Of a stretch of 64,000 nucleotides of DNA, positions 46,485-58,639 are shown one piece after another (the stretch's first letter is position 1; each line of letters opens with the position of its first letter). The translations under genes were made by a program, and so were the position numbers. The notes beneath the pieces were generated by a model that had not been told where the DNA came from, made no database searches, and saw only the letters and a program-made list of their open reading frames with translations. This stretch comes from Rhynchopus sp. YZ270_cl-10 (taxonomy: Eukaryota), in contig OZ037844.1 of assembly GCA_964035575.1 (NCBI GenBank), positions 186,001 to 250,000 of the forward strand. Reading direction: 5' to 3'.

Positions 46485-48157
46485 GGGATACAAAGACATG
46501 CATATGTACAACCCCAAGCCCAACCCTTACCATGACGCAAGACCCCCTTTGTGCCGTGGGCCGTTTGGCAAATAGAAATCAAATGAAAAGAATCGACGTT
46601 GGGCCAATGGGGGGGTGTGTGACGCAACTAACACCCCCAATCGGTTCAACACAGACACATGCGGAAGACAATAGAGAAAGAGAAAGCTTGAACCAAGGCG
46701 GCCTGTGTTTCGCGTACAAGAAGTCAATGGACACTATTCTGTACAGGAAGTACCGATAACTAATTTCAAATGTGCCAAATCATCTTGAAAATAGCAAAAA
46801 AAAAAATCAAAAGAGAAAACGTGAAAAGACCAAGAAGAATTGGGTCAAAAAAAAAATAAATCTGAAAGGAACTTCAAAAGACTTCTGAGCTGTTACAAAT
46901 GTGTTACCATTTGTCCCATTGTACAAAAAGAATCTTGAATACCAAAAAAACATCAATACGAGAAATCATGACACACAAAAACAAAAAATAAAACGAATAA
47001 ACATCGAAAAATGCAACAGTTTTGAGCGTTTTTTATACAATAAGTGAAATTCTAAGAAGCAGGCAAATAAAAACTATCGTGCAACCACGCTGACTAGGGT
47101 TATTTGTAATACAGTGCAAGTGGAATACGTGTCCAAACAAAAAAAAAGTTGACTTGAAATACAACCGCCCGCTCGTGACAGTGTACCTTGGTACATAACC
47201 TGCCCCAATCCATGCTCCTACATCCATTTCGAGGTTAACATCTTTGATAAAAAAGACGCCCAATTATCAATAATAGTCGGATTCGGGAAGGTAAGTAAAG
47301 TTTGTTGCGTTGATTGCACTAATCCTCTTGTTTGAGGGATGATTTGGCCGACCGTACCCGATAATACTCTTATAATACTCTTTCTCCTATAAAGCAATCT
47401 TCGAATAGATACCCCCCCCTTTCCCTCCCAAAAAAAATCTGCAAACGACAATAAACGTATTTGAGCGCCTGGTGCTCCTGACAACCCCATATTGCGTACC
47501 TGTTGCGCACTTTGTGGACAAAATTATTACGCATCCACTTGCCGTTTGGATAAGGAAAACAAAGACGAAAAAGGGGGTTTGGGGGGAAGAGTTTAATTCT
47601 TGAACGCATCCCCACACTCAGTCACACAAAAATACAAGAATGCCCTATATTGCGTACTTCTTGCGTTGGTATTTTTTTATTTCTGGGGTACCAACGCCAA
47701 GTTTTTTTTGAAAAAGTGAACAGCGAAAAATCAAAATTGTGGTACATAAAAAATAAATTTATGTAGTGGGGGGGTGGGGGGGTTGGAAACCTACACATGG
47801 GGGGAGGGAAGGAGACACCAGAGTTATGATAACTTTCAACCATCATAAACAAAGGACCTCTTTTTGAAGTGCGTACGTCCAAACGTTGGTTGGAGTAAAA
47901 AGGTTGGGGTAAAAGCATTGAGGGCTCGAAAACAAATTTTACCCGTGTAAGGAGGGGAGAAAAAAGAAAAATTGGCGGTGGGGGAAAACATCATAATTTT
48001 CAACAGGCGCACTTCTCCTTCTGAACTAAATGTACATTTTTTTTTTGTGCGCAATCCCCAGCATCGTATCCACAAATCCAGATTTCAAGGGGGGAGTTTT
48101 TTTTTTTCCTTTTTTTTCAGCACTGAGTCTGAACACAGCTACGTTAATATTATCAAC

Positions 48158-51067
48158 TCAAAGGTAGAACGACGATGCACCAGACGGAAGCACACGACCA
48201 CCCTCCGACTCCCCACTCTCCAGCACAGCGTGCGACCCAACTGGAATCACAACATCCACCCTGGTCTGTACAGCGCCCGAACAGCGCACGGTCGCCCGCA
48301 TATGGGTTCCACATGAGAGCGTGCTCTTCAAACCTGATAAGGGCACCGTGCAGGCAGCCTTACCCATGCAAAGCGAGGAGACGAGGGTGCGAGAGTTTGG
48401 GTGATGGCATGTTGCGTTCACTTTGGAGGCTCCTAGCGTGGACCTGCCTGATGGGGTCCCGAAGCTTGCGAACAGAACCTCCTCTACTACACCCCCTTTC
48501 ACACCACACTGCAGCGACAACAGCCCAGCTTCGGCACCATCCCCTACAAACCCTTTTGCGCTCTGCACACCACCTGCACGCTCCCAGGTGTACTCCAGAC
48601 GTCCATTTGGAAGCTCCACTGCAGTTGAGGCCCAAGATAAGTCAGTTCCTTTAGGGTGTGTAAGAAGGATGTTGTCACCACGCACATCGACACCCGCAAT
48701 GCGGCGCACCAGATACGAAGAATAGCTGGAGTACATATGATGGTTGCGGGAGTTCATCCCGGGACCTTCCAGTGGTGCGTCGATCACTTCCCAGAGGTTT
48801 TCTGTTGTGCGTTCCATTGAGTTGGTGAGCATATAACCCAAGGAGGGGTATGTAGTGCCTTCTAAGATGGTGAGCGCGTCTGATGCGTGGCCGGCGTTGT
48901 GGAGGCCGTCGAAAAGGAATTTGAATCCAATGATTCCTGTGCTGAAGTGGTGACCTTCGGAGACGACGCGGGCAAGCAGTTGGTCCGCCGTTGTTCCATT
49001 CTCGCCAGACTGCGCGACGCCTGCAGCAATAGCAAGAGAGCTGTCCGTTTGGATGTTCTTATCGAAGACGCCGTTTTTGTAGTATGCCGCAACGAAGGCA
49101 GCACGCAGGCGGGTGACCTCGCTTTGCATTGTAGCAGCGACAGACGTGTTGTGGACTGCGACCGCCATCTGTCCTATCATATCCGTCATCATGATGTACG
49201 AGAACACCGTTGTGTACGCATAGTCAGGCTTCACTGCGGTGCTCTGCTTGCCCTCTGTGTGCGGGGGTGGCACCCAGTCGCCGTAGCTGGTGTGCATTCT
49301 TGAGATGTTGGGAGCAGCGAGTTCCTGTGCATGGACGTTTGCCTGGTGGCGGACCATCGCATCCATGAAGGTGTTGACAGTGGTAACGTCGCCGTTCGTC
49401 TTCCAGTTGACGTAGATGACCTGGATGAAGGCAAGGCTCCAGGAGACGTCGGCAGGGCGGCCGCCAAAGCGTACCCACGGGACGACGTCTGGGAGGGAGC
49501 CGTCGCTGCCGAGGTCGTAGGACTGCAGCAAGGAGGTGAAGCGGAAGAAGGTGCCGATGTCGTAGTTGAGGGCAAGTGTGTCTGCGCTGAGCGCAGCGTC
49601 GCCCATCCACCCGAGGCGCTCGTCGCGTTGGTCGCAGTCGGTCAGAATGGTCATCATGTTCGAACGTTGCGAGCCTACTGCCATCTTCTGCAGTGCCGTC
49701 AGGAGTGGCGACGAGAAGTTCACAGAGGTGCGCTGCGCGACTGCAGAGTGGAAGTGGCGCATCACAATCTGCGGAGGTGACGTGAGCCCGGTCACCTCCA
49801 CGTAACGGAAGCCGTGGTAGGTGAAGGACGGCTGGTACGTCGCGTCCTGCGCTCCACGCGAGATGTAGACATCCGTTGCCTTGGCCGATCGTAGGTTCGC
49901 TGTGTACACCATGCCCGCCTCGACCACTATGCCTGGGAGACCTGCGTGCTGGAGCACCTCTGCGTGCCGCAGTGTGACGTTCGCGCCTGCAGGGAGGTTG
50001 ATGTTGTGCAGGCGGCATACACCTGCCAGGTTGACACCAAAGTCGACGACGAAGACTCCAGGCTTGGGTTCTGTGATGGCGACGGGGACGACCTCACGCG
50101 AGACGGCGACCTGCGGTGCAGACCAAGGCAGCATCACACCCGTGGGAGGTGAGGACACCGTCTTCGCGTCCTCCCATGCAGTCGCGTTGCTGATCTCCTG
50201 CCGTGCGTCGTACGTCTCGCCGTTGTACGTTGAGTCCGACACAATGGGGCCAGATGCTGTCGTCCACTTGTCCGATGTTGTCAGGACACGTGTAGTGGCA
50301 TTGCCCTGCAGCACCTCGACAATGCACCGCAGTACACGTGGCGTAAAGTCCCCTTCGCCCTCCTTCCGTCCAAACTCACTGTCACGCCAGCCACTCCCCA
50401 GACCAACCTCGAGCTCGTTCACCCCGGTCGTGAGGTGCGTGATGTCAAACACGGAGTACATCACGACCTTTTGGTACACCGTCCACGGTGCGGTGGTCAG
50501 CTCCACCGCTGCAACGGGGACGCCGTTTACAGTCGCCTTTGAGTACGCAAGCCCGCTGATGTAGAGCACCGTCTTGCCGCCTTCTGGCACTGTGAAGGGT
50601 GCGCGGTACACATTTGTTGTGTTGCTGCCGATCCAGGCGACGTTGTCCCAACTCTTTGCCGCAAGCCCTGTGTGGAAGAAGGCGCTCTGCACGGCGGACA
50701 CCTCACCCACACTGCTATGCCACTGCACGGACCAGCGGTGGCGGTGCCCAGGTGCGAGAGGCTGCGTGTCGCCGGGATACACCGCTTTGGGGAGAGTGGA
50801 GTTCGTCATGGCAGTGTCCCACACTGTCTCCCCCGTGTGCAGGTCTTCGATGGTGATGTGGTATGCACTCTGCCCCACACCCACTGCAGCACCCTCAGGG
50901 GCCCACGTAAGGTGCAAGGCTGCGTCGTGTCGCACAGCGTACGAAGTGCCCGGGTGATGTGTCGCGCCAAAGTCGCTGCCATCACAGCGCATACGCCCTG
51001 CAGTCAGCGCTGCATGGGCGGTGGGCATCTGTGCCACCAGCATCACAGCTGCCACAGTGCGGAGCAT
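48158..51067 (-). CDS. Secreted alpha-L-rhamnosidase (GH78) with an inserted SUEL/Gal-lectin domain
   Basis: GH78 motifs VDFGVNLAG, FTYHGFRYVEV, TDCDQRDERLGWMGD, YGDW, LWE..SRNHHM; lectin segment LQC...FASFGTPSG...CHHPNS...CMGKAACTV. Start set at 51067 (MLRTVAAVMLVA signal peptide) because the upstream ORF extension overlaps repeated non-coding DNA. Confidence 0.92.
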   Translation of the reverse strand: MLRTVAAVMLVAQMPTAHAALTAGRMRCDGSDFGATHHPGTSYAVRHDAALHLTWAPEGAAVGVGQSAYHITIEDLHTGETVWDTAMTNSTLPKAVYPGDTQPLAPGHRHRWSVQWHSSVGEVSAVQSAFFHTGLAAKSWDNVAWIGSNTTNVYRAPFTVPEGGKTVLYISGLAYSKATVNGVPVAAVELTTAPWTVYQKVVMYSVFDITHLTTGVNELEVGLGSGWRDSEFGRKEGEGDFTPRVLRCIVEVLQGNATTRVLTTSDKWTTASGPIVSDSTYNGETYDARQEISNATAWEDAKTVSSPPTGVMLPWSAPQVAVSREVVPVAITEPKPGVFVVDFGVNLAGVCRLHNINLPAGANVTLRHAEVLQHAGLPGIVVEAGMVYTANLRSAKATDVYISRGAQDATYQPSFTYHGFRYVEVTGLTSPPQIVMRHFHSAVAQRTSVNFSSPLLTALQKMAVGSQRSNMMTILTDCDQRDERLGWMGDAALSADTLALNYDIGTFFRFTSLLQSYDLGSDGSLPDVVPWVRFGGRPADVSWSLAFIQVIYVNWKTNGDVTTVNTFMDAMVRHQANVHAQELAAPNISRMHTSYGDWVPPPHTEGKQSTAVKPDYAYTTVFSYIMMTDMIGQMAVAVHNTSVAATMQSEVTRLRAAFVAAYYKNGVFDKNIQTDSSLAIAAGVAQSGENGTTADQLLARVVSEGHHFSTGIIGFKFLFDGLHNAGHASDALTILEGTTYPSLGYMLTNSMERTTENLWEVIDAPLEGPGMNSRNHHMYSSYSSYLVRRIAGVDVRGDNILLTHPKGTDLSWASTAVELPNGRLEYTWERAGGVQSAKGFVGDGAEAGLLSLQCGVKGGVVEEVLFASFGTPSGRSTLGASKVNATCHHPNSRTLVSSLCMGKAACTVPLSGLKSTLSCGTHMRATVRCSGAVQTRVDVVIPVGSHAVLESGESEGGRVLPSGASSFYL

Positions 51068-51862
51068 TGCTCTCCTGTTGAGGTGCCAAGAAAAGTGTGT
51101 CAACCGAAGTTGTCGTTCTGATTGTGTGGAAACGTGAGGAGGAGGAGGAGGGGTGGAGATAAAAAGAGAAGCTGAAAGTGCAAACGCCTCGCCGTTCCTC
51201 GGACGCAGAGTGGTGGGTGTCCCTGAAACGCCATGCAGCACACAGCGGACTAATGCTGTTGGACTCCCGCATGCCTGAAGAGCAAGGCACAGTCCATGAG
51301 GGAAATCAAAGACGGATCAAAGGACCGCCTGAAGCGTCAAGAGATTCAGCGTCGCAGGGTTCTGGGCACCTACAACATGACGACATTGATATATGCGTTT
51401 CGTGGACTATGTCTTTGTGCAAGTTTTGAGGCAGGCTGGAGCTCTTTTGAGGTCTCATGGGGTGAGTGACGTCTTGCAAAGACGGTCATTTGTCTTTCTT
51501 CTACGGAGAGAAAGACAGAGAGGGAGAGGGTCTGGAAAAAAGTTAAAAAACCAACTTTCTTTTTTGCGTTCCCCATGTTCTCATATGTCGTTGTCCCCAT
51601 CCCCCACCCTCTCATGACGAAAAGCACACCCCTTCGCAGTGCCGTTCCTCGAGGATGTCTCCTCTGGGTGCGCGCTCCACACCACGCACACCTGCGGGTA
51701 CTCCTGCCTCGCTAGGGGCATAGTTCGACCACGGGTCAGCTGGCATAATCGCTGTCGATACCAAGTATACAGATACGTCACATCATGGCCACCCAGTTTG
51801 TCTGAGACTATGGTGTTCAGTTGCCGATAATCCGCCTCATTGCGCAAAGACTTCCCCCAGCA

Positions 51863-53536
51863 TCATTCTTCTGCACCGTGCTTGAGGAGAACCTGCTCCA
51901 CATCTGTATGTTGTTTCTGCCTCGCAAAGTGCAACGCAGTGCGGCCCTCATTATCTTCGTGATGCACATCCACCTCTGGCAAGCCAACAAGATAGCGCAC
52001 AGTATCGGTGTGTCCAAAAACAGCCGCAAGGATAAGACATGTGTTGCTGTATGCGTCGACCGCACACACGTCTGCACCTGCTTCGACTAACGTCTTCACA
52101 ATTTCGAGTTCCCCAGCCCCGCCACCCTCGCAAGCACGGTGAAGGGATGCGCACCCTGAGCTATTCGTTGCCTCAACATCGGCCCCTGCATCAATGAGCA
52201 GCCGCACCACGTCCGAGTAATTATCGAACGCTGCGCGGTGCAGTGGAGTGCAGCTCCAGTTATCTGACTCATTCACATCCACCTCAGGCATGCACAGAAG
52301 AGCACGCACAGTCTCGGTGTGTCCATTGACAGCCGCAAGGCTAATACATGTATCTCCCTCATCACTAGTGACACACACTCCCGCACCTGCTCTGACCAAC
52401 ATCTGCACAACCCGGAGTTCCCCGCGCTGGCTCGCCACGAGGAGCGGCGAATGGGAGTAGTTGTCTCTTGCCTCAATATCAGCCCCTGCATCGATTAGCA
52501 CCTCCACCACGTCTGCATGATTAGCTGCAGCGAGAACCGCAGTGCAGCCGCTACCACCCTTGTGATTCACGTCCACATCCTTCAATCCAACAAGGTAGCG
52601 CACAGTCTCGGTGTGTCCACAACATGCCGCAAGGATAAGACATGTGTCTCCTTTGCTGCAAGTGACACGCACGTCCGCACCTGCTTCGACCAAAATTTTC
52701 ACAACTGCGAACATGCCTGAACGGCAAGCCCAGAGCAGAGGCGAACAACCCACGTCGTCCTTTGCCTCGATGTCTGCCCCTGCATCAATGAGCACCCGAA
52801 CTACATCAGGACAGTTTTGTTGACCTGCCCAGTGCAAAGCAGTATTGTATTCTTCATCTGCGTGATTCACGTCCACCTCCTTCAAGCCCACAAGGTAGCG
52901 CACAGTCTCGGTGTGTCCAAAACATGACGCAAGGGAAAGACATATAAATCCTCCGTTGTCTGTGACACACAAGTCCGCACCTGCTTCGACCAACATCTTC
53001 ACAGCTGCAAACTTGCCTGACACGCTTGCCCTGAGCAGAGGTGAATGTCCATTCTCGTCCTTTGTCTCGATGTCTGCCCCTGCATCAATGAGCACCTGAC
53101 ACACTGCAGGGTCCTCCCACATGGCTGGACAGGGTAGGTCTTCTTCGTCCTCCTCGTCACTCATGTACTTGCTCCCGTGTCGGACACTCGCAACGTTGCT
53201 GCAGACTGACTTCCAATGCTGCAAGAGGACCTCCGTGCACGCAGTGTGGTCTGCGTGGACGCACTCACTCAGCAGCATCCCGAAGCCCATCTGCGTTGTT
53301 TCAACATACGGAAGAAGCAGTGCGAGGCATTCATCGTGGTTCCCTCTGCATGCCTCGTGCACAGCATCGAAGGCAACAGTTTTGCTGTCTGTGTCTGGTC
53401 TGAGCTTCTCAAGTCCCTCCCGCACGGCAGTCGTGTTGCCGTTCCTGGCAGCCTCCACCAAGACCTCGTCTGCAGAAAGCTTTCTTCTCTTTGGTGCCTT
53501 CTCATCAGGTGTGCTGTCTGCGTGTCGCTTCGACAT
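51863..53536 (-). CDS. Ankyrin family copy F (4 cassettes, dispersed)
   Basis: 557 aa; same N-terminus and cassette structure. Confidence 0.92.
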   Translation of the reverse strand: MSKRHADSTPDEKAPKRRKLSADEVLVEAARNGNTTAVREGLEKLRPDTDSKTVAFDAVHEACRGNHDECLALLLPYVETTQMGFGMLLSECVHADHTACTEVLLQHWKSVCSNVASVRHGSKYMSDEEDEEDLPCPAMWEDPAVCQVLIDAGADIETKDENGHSPLLRASVSGKFAAVKMLVEAGADLCVTDNGGFICLSLASCFGHTETVRYLVGLKEVDVNHADEEYNTALHWAGQQNCPDVVRVLIDAGADIEAKDDVGCSPLLWACRSGMFAVVKILVEAGADVRVTCSKGDTCLILAACCGHTETVRYLVGLKDVDVNHKGGSGCTAVLAAANHADVVEVLIDAGADIEARDNYSHSPLLVASQRGELRVVQMLVRAGAGVCVTSDEGDTCISLAAVNGHTETVRALLCMPEVDVNESDNWSCTPLHRAAFDNYSDVVRLLIDAGADVEATNSSGCASLHRACEGGGAGELEIVKTLVEAGADVCAVDAYSNTCLILAAVFGHTDTVRYLVGLPEVDVHHEDNEGRTALHFARQKQHTDVEQVLLKHGAEE

Positions 53537-55522
53537 GGTTTTTGAAAATGTTGATTTTCAATGTTGTGTCTTTTATGCTGTTTGAGGTGAGTGGTGGGTG
53601 TCCCTGAACTGCCTCCACCCCTGACAAGCACAGCCACAGGGAAAACAAACGCACCTACGGTCGTCACATCATGGCAGCGTACAACCGCAACACTCACATC
53701 TTTCTGTGCTCAGACGACACTACTGACGGCCCACATCTGCTAGGGCTAGCCTCAGCAGAATAACCGTGGCTTTGTGTCCCAGATACAGCATGCCTTGCCT
53801 AGTGCAGTGCACAGCGGACTAATGCTGTTCGACTCTGCATGCCTGAATAGCAAGGCACAGTCCATGAGGGAAACAAAAGAGGGATCAAAGGACCACCTGA
53901 AGCAAGATATTAGTTTCAATCGAAAGCTGTACAACAAGGTAAAAAAAATCTTTTATTGTTTTTAAAAAGCACGTCTGCCCAAGACGCTCAAAGAAGATGC
54001 ATGGGCCAACATAAAGCGGGAATCTAAAGACAACAGCCTGAACAGGGGGCTATTTTGAATAAGAACAACACAGAGGACACTACACCGATCAGCCAAGGCG
54101 TGTGCATTATGACCACCAAACAGAGGGGAACCTGCACTGATATGCGTTTCTTGGACCGTTTTTATGCCAGTTTTGAGGCACATGCAATCCATCCAATGTT
54201 TGAGGTCTTAGGGCAACACAAAAGGGGGCATGACGACGTTTGCCTGCAAAACCTCTGCTTTGTGTCGCTCTGTATCACGTAGAAAACTGTGAGAAACGCG
54301 TTTTGAGTGACAGTTAGTAAAGTCTCTCAGATACGTTGCGCACACGTTTGACAAAGGGGGGGGGGGGGGGGGGCACAGAGAAGCAGGCATCTGATAGCAA
54401 AGCAAAGCGAAGCAACCAGGCATTCTTCTCGCTGTATCAGTGCCCTGTTCATGTGGTGCGGCTACTCTGAAGATGGGGTGGTGGGAATTGCGAAATATTT
54501 GATAAATGGTTAGACCCTCCCTGCGGCTTGGGAAGTGGAGAACAAGAGCGAGAGAAGCAATAAAAAAAGAAAAGCAATAAAAAAGGTTGACTTGAAATAC
54601 AAAAGCCCTCTCGTGACAGTGTACCTTTAACCGGGTGGACCCCAACCAAGCAGTCCTACATCCATTTCGTTGTGACATCTGAAAATGAGATACGTTTACA
54701 TGAAATCATTTGTGTTGAAAAGTTCGGGGATGTAGGTTTAATTAGTTAGCCTCACGCAATGCCCGGTCGGGGAGGGTTACTTATTAAATCTGATAAATTT
54801 GTGGAGAAACAAAAAAAACAAAAAAAAGCGCAGATCTGCAGAGTTAGATGAGGGGATGGATTATCCGCGTGTTGGGGGAAAGCAAAAATGATAGGTTTCT
54901 CGCAAAACGAGCCCCACAGCGAACAAAATTGTGATTTAAAAAAAAAAAAAACGGTTTTCAAAATAATCACAGAACTCTCCTCTTTCATATGAAAGATGTA
55001 TCAAGAGAGTGTAGTGCGTTCTGTTTCTGTTCGACGGTAAAATTACCAAAACAAAAAGTTTTTTCAAAAGGGAATAGAGTCTTACACACAACGCGTATCG
55101 TTGCCAAGCAACGGGGGCAAGAGAAAGAACGTCGGTGAAACAACCGACGTTGGATTTATAAATTGAGCGTGGGGAAGTGGGGGGGGAATGGGGGATTGGG
55201 CGGTGACGCGAGGTGGAGTCGCAGTGAAAAAAAAAGTGTACGAAATCCGGCAAAATGCAGCGAAATGGGGCGAACTGGTGAGGGTACCTCCTCTGGGGTT
55301 TTATTTTGTTATTTTTTCGAACGATTCGACTGTGAAACCTCAACGTTGAGAAAACTACGTACAGTATACAAATACGACATCAGACAAAAAAAAAGAAAAT
55401 AAATTTTGTTAGTTTAGGCAACATAAAGTCGCCAGTTTTGAGAGTGGCAAAGACAGAAAAGGAAAATAGAGCGAAACATTTTTTTAATAGAACACCCAGA
55501 CCAATAAAAAGTGAAGTTGATA

Positions 55523-55596
55523 CACGGTGGCCTGCACGAACCCTCAGGGTACGTTCGTAGCGGGGTACCCCAAATAGGGTTCGTCAGGCCACCGTG
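55523..55596. mobile_element. 74-bp hairpin mini-element, CAC...GTG ends, possible 3-bp TSD (ATA)
   Basis: ATA|CACGGTGGCCTGCACGAACCCT...AGGGTTCGTCAGGCCACCGTG|ATA. Confidence 0.6.
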
Positions 55597-56537
55597 ATAG
55601 TGCAAACGCCTCTGGGACGCAGGCACTGACATACAAAATACTACGGGGTGTCAATAGCTATTTCACCCACACAGGAAAAACGGAATGCGAAACAGGGGGA
55701 GAGTTTGTTAGTTGTACGCTTCCACAGGATGAGGATGAAAACAGTTAGAGCGACCGCAGCATTTCCCTTGTCAACTGCGTTTTGACCTACTATATAAATG
55801 GTGTTACCGAAATCCCATCAGGGACCTGTCGGTTTTAACACTTCCTCGGGGACACCAATAAAGGTCATTTTTGTTTTTAAAAAAATTTTTTTGGTGATCT
55901 ATGGGTTGGAAAACAGAAGAACAGTTGGTAAGTTGATACCAATCCCTTACCCCTGCACAGCCTCCTTTAATAGAGGTGGTGTGGGGGAGGACACAAAACG
56001 CGAGAGAAAACGGTGAAGCTGCCCAGTTTATTTAACGTACCCCTCCCTTCCCCTTTGTTTTTTGTAATTGTCACACTTGGACCAAAAGCTCAATGGCGTT
56101 GTAGTAGGGTGAGACAAAATTCAACAAAATCGCGGGGAGCAGAGGTACCAAAAGGATTACCTGGGGGGGTGCTTCTTATTGAGAAGAATCGTATCTAGGC
56201 AGGGTGCCATGAATCAAAAAAAAGGGGGGGAGATGATCTCGTTTCCTAGAGAAAACGAGCCTAAATAAAATCACTACAACTTCTAATACTATGTCCACAT
56301 CTGACGCAGGAACAAGGACGCAAGACGACAAGAAAAAATACGAAAAATAAATCAAACCAAAGCTTCTTAAGATGAATATATGCCTCTACCAGGCTCTACG
56401 ACACACACAACCCATAAGCTCCCTCCTACGTATCATTGAATAGATCGTAAGGCGACGCATCCACCTCCTACCCTCTTGGATAACGTCATGTAGAAGCTTT
56501 CTCTCAACTACAGGATCCCAGAAGCTTCTCTCTCTCT

Positions 56538-58397
56538 TCAGAGATACCTCGCGCAGTTCGGATTCGCTTCGACAGCCTTTGCGATAAAATCGGGGCTGCA
56601 GCGAAGCGACCGAACGACAAAACACGCTGCCTCCGGGTTGCTCGCGATGGCCGCGAGACATACAGTGGGGTCCTTCCAGAGGCAGAGCGAGGCATGACGG
56701 AGGGCTGTTCCCGTAGTGCGCACTGCTTGCATGACGACAGCACGACTCACCGACATATCATATGAACAAAACTGCAGCACCTCTCCACTGTATTCGCACA
56801 CTGCCTTCACAAAGTCTGCATCGTTGCGCAGCCGCGGGCTTGCGTACTGCACACACTGCCACCCCTCCACTCCGCGGGCCTGCACACAACCCAATACAAA
56901 CCCTTCATCATCCCGCAGCTCTTCCGACCCAAACTCCAACGCCCTCCACGTCTCCTTCACTGCAGCGCCCACTACCTCCCGATCACTGCAAAGCCGCCTG
57001 TCTGCGTGCTTCAACGCTAATCCATTCTTTTTTACCGCAATTTTGACGACATCAACATCAGATTGAAAAATAGGAGCAATCCGAAGCGCCTCTACTGCCG
57101 TATCATGGGTGAGAGCGGCAAGGAGTATCGTTCTGTTGGTTGTGTGAATGGTATTATACATCGCAAGAAATGAGAACGGAGCAAGCCGGACTGCAGAAAG
57201 CGCGAAGTTTGGATCTCCTTTTAACTCAGACGAAGCGGAAATCCACGCAGACCATGAAGTGCGTAGCGCTGTCAAAACCATTTTTCGGTCCGAAGCAAAT
57301 CTTGGGTTTGCAAATCGTAGGGCACCTCCATTCTGTTGTACCGCGCATCGTACTATGTCCGGATCATTTCGAAGAATTGCAGACGCAAAGCGAAGATTTC
57401 CCCCATTTTGTGAAACCGCAGATAAAACGGACTCCCTCTCAGACTGCCACTCCTCCATCTCTCTGAGAATATTTCCATTAATTTGCAGTGCGCGTTTGAT
57501 GAATCCTTTGTCCGTCTGAAGGCTTCCTGCACCAACCTTTGCATCCTTTGCGATCAAAGCCAAAAGAGTTTTCTCAGTTGCGTGAAGCTTCATTTTTTGT
57601 GGAACAGAAATTATGTTGCTGCATTTTGCTGATATGTCTTTGTCAGATCGGAGGCAACCAGAAATGTGTTTAGTAGAAAGGCCACGTCTTCTTTGGAGCA
57701 GTTGCGGTGTGAGGGGTTTGTCAGTTCGAAGCGAAGAGTTGCTTAGGGGAGGTGCAGGAGGGTTGGTGTGGATGACATCGTCGCTTCGGTGTCCCAATGT
57801 GTTTGCTTCTGTACTGCATTGCGTAGCGCCATGTGTATTGTAAAGTGAAGCAAGATAAATCATTTCCGCATCACCCCGAATCTCTTCGGACGCGGCACCA
57901 AGAATTCCTGATGTGTTTTGCAATGTGCTTAGCAGTTTCAAAACAAATTCACGGTTTGACTTCACCTCGAGGGACGCAAATTTAAAACTCTCTGAACTCT
58001 CTTTGCAGGCCGCAACAACAATCTCTTCAGAACCTTGCAAAAAGGGAGAAGCGTTCATCAGCTCCAACCCATCGCGGGTAACACAGTGAAGAACGCAATC
58101 GTACAGCCCTGCAGCTGAAGGTGGCAGGTCTGATAGGCTCGCCCCCTCATAAATCTGCTTAAGATAGACAGCGCTGTTCAGGGTAATGTGTACGGTGCTG
58201 CCAGAGCTGATGTTCGATGTGCGCAACGGTGTGCTCCCATCCTCGATCCCTTCCCCTTCACAGCACAATGTCATGGCAGAGGCCTGCAAGCACAACGCCC
58301 TCGATGCTTTCTTATAAAGGGATCCCCCTGTTTCATCATCCAGCACCTCCTCGGCAATCGAAACACCACTGTCGCAGGATACTAAGGTGATCTGCAT
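56538..58397 (-). CDS. DUF4116-repeat protein with an N-terminal ubiquitin-like domain
   Basis: Repeats such as DxEVVxxAVxxNGxALxFASxxLRND; N-terminus MQITLVS...IEDGSTPLRTSNISSGSTVHITL resembles a Ubl fold. Confidence 0.85.
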   Translation of the reverse strand: MQITLVSCDSGVSIAEEVLDDETGGSLYKKASRALCLQASAMTLCCEGEGIEDGSTPLRTSNISSGSTVHITLNSAVYLKQIYEGASLSDLPPSAAGLYDCVLHCVTRDGLELMNASPFLQGSEEIVVAACKESSESFKFASLEVKSNREFVLKLLSTLQNTSGILGAASEEIRGDAEMIYLASLYNTHGATQCSTEANTLGHRSDDVIHTNPPAPPLSNSSLRTDKPLTPQLLQRRRGLSTKHISGCLRSDKDISAKCSNIISVPQKMKLHATEKTLLALIAKDAKVGAGSLQTDKGFIKRALQINGNILREMEEWQSERESVLSAVSQNGGNLRFASAILRNDPDIVRCAVQQNGGALRFANPRFASDRKMVLTALRTSWSAWISASSELKGDPNFALSAVRLAPFSFLAMYNTIHTTNRTILLAALTHDTAVEALRIAPIFQSDVDVVKIAVKKNGLALKHADRRLCSDREVVGAAVKETWRALEFGSEELRDDEGFVLGCVQARGVEGWQCVQYASPRLRNDADFVKAVCEYSGEVLQFCSYDMSVSRAVVMQAVRTTGTALRHASLCLWKDPTVCLAAIASNPEAACFVVRSLRCSPDFIAKAVEANPNCARYL

Positions 58398-58639
58398 TTT
58401 TTTTTTTTTTTTTTTTTTTTTAAAAATTGAAGAAGAAAAAGAATCAAAACCTTGTGTAGGAAGGTCAAAATAATCGTGAATTCTGAATAGATTTTTGGGT
58501 ATTTCAAAGGGCCTCAGGGGGGTTATGGGAAGGTGGAAAGGGGAGGTTTGAAAGTTTGTTTGTTTTGTTTTTTGTTTTTTTTATCGTGCAATTTTTGACT
58601 CGTGTACAAATCCTTCAGGAAGAACCAAAAATTATAATC

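Noticed and set aside
51068..51241. N-terminal extension of the GH78 ORF
   Set aside because: Overlaps repeated upstream DNA and would bury the signal peptide
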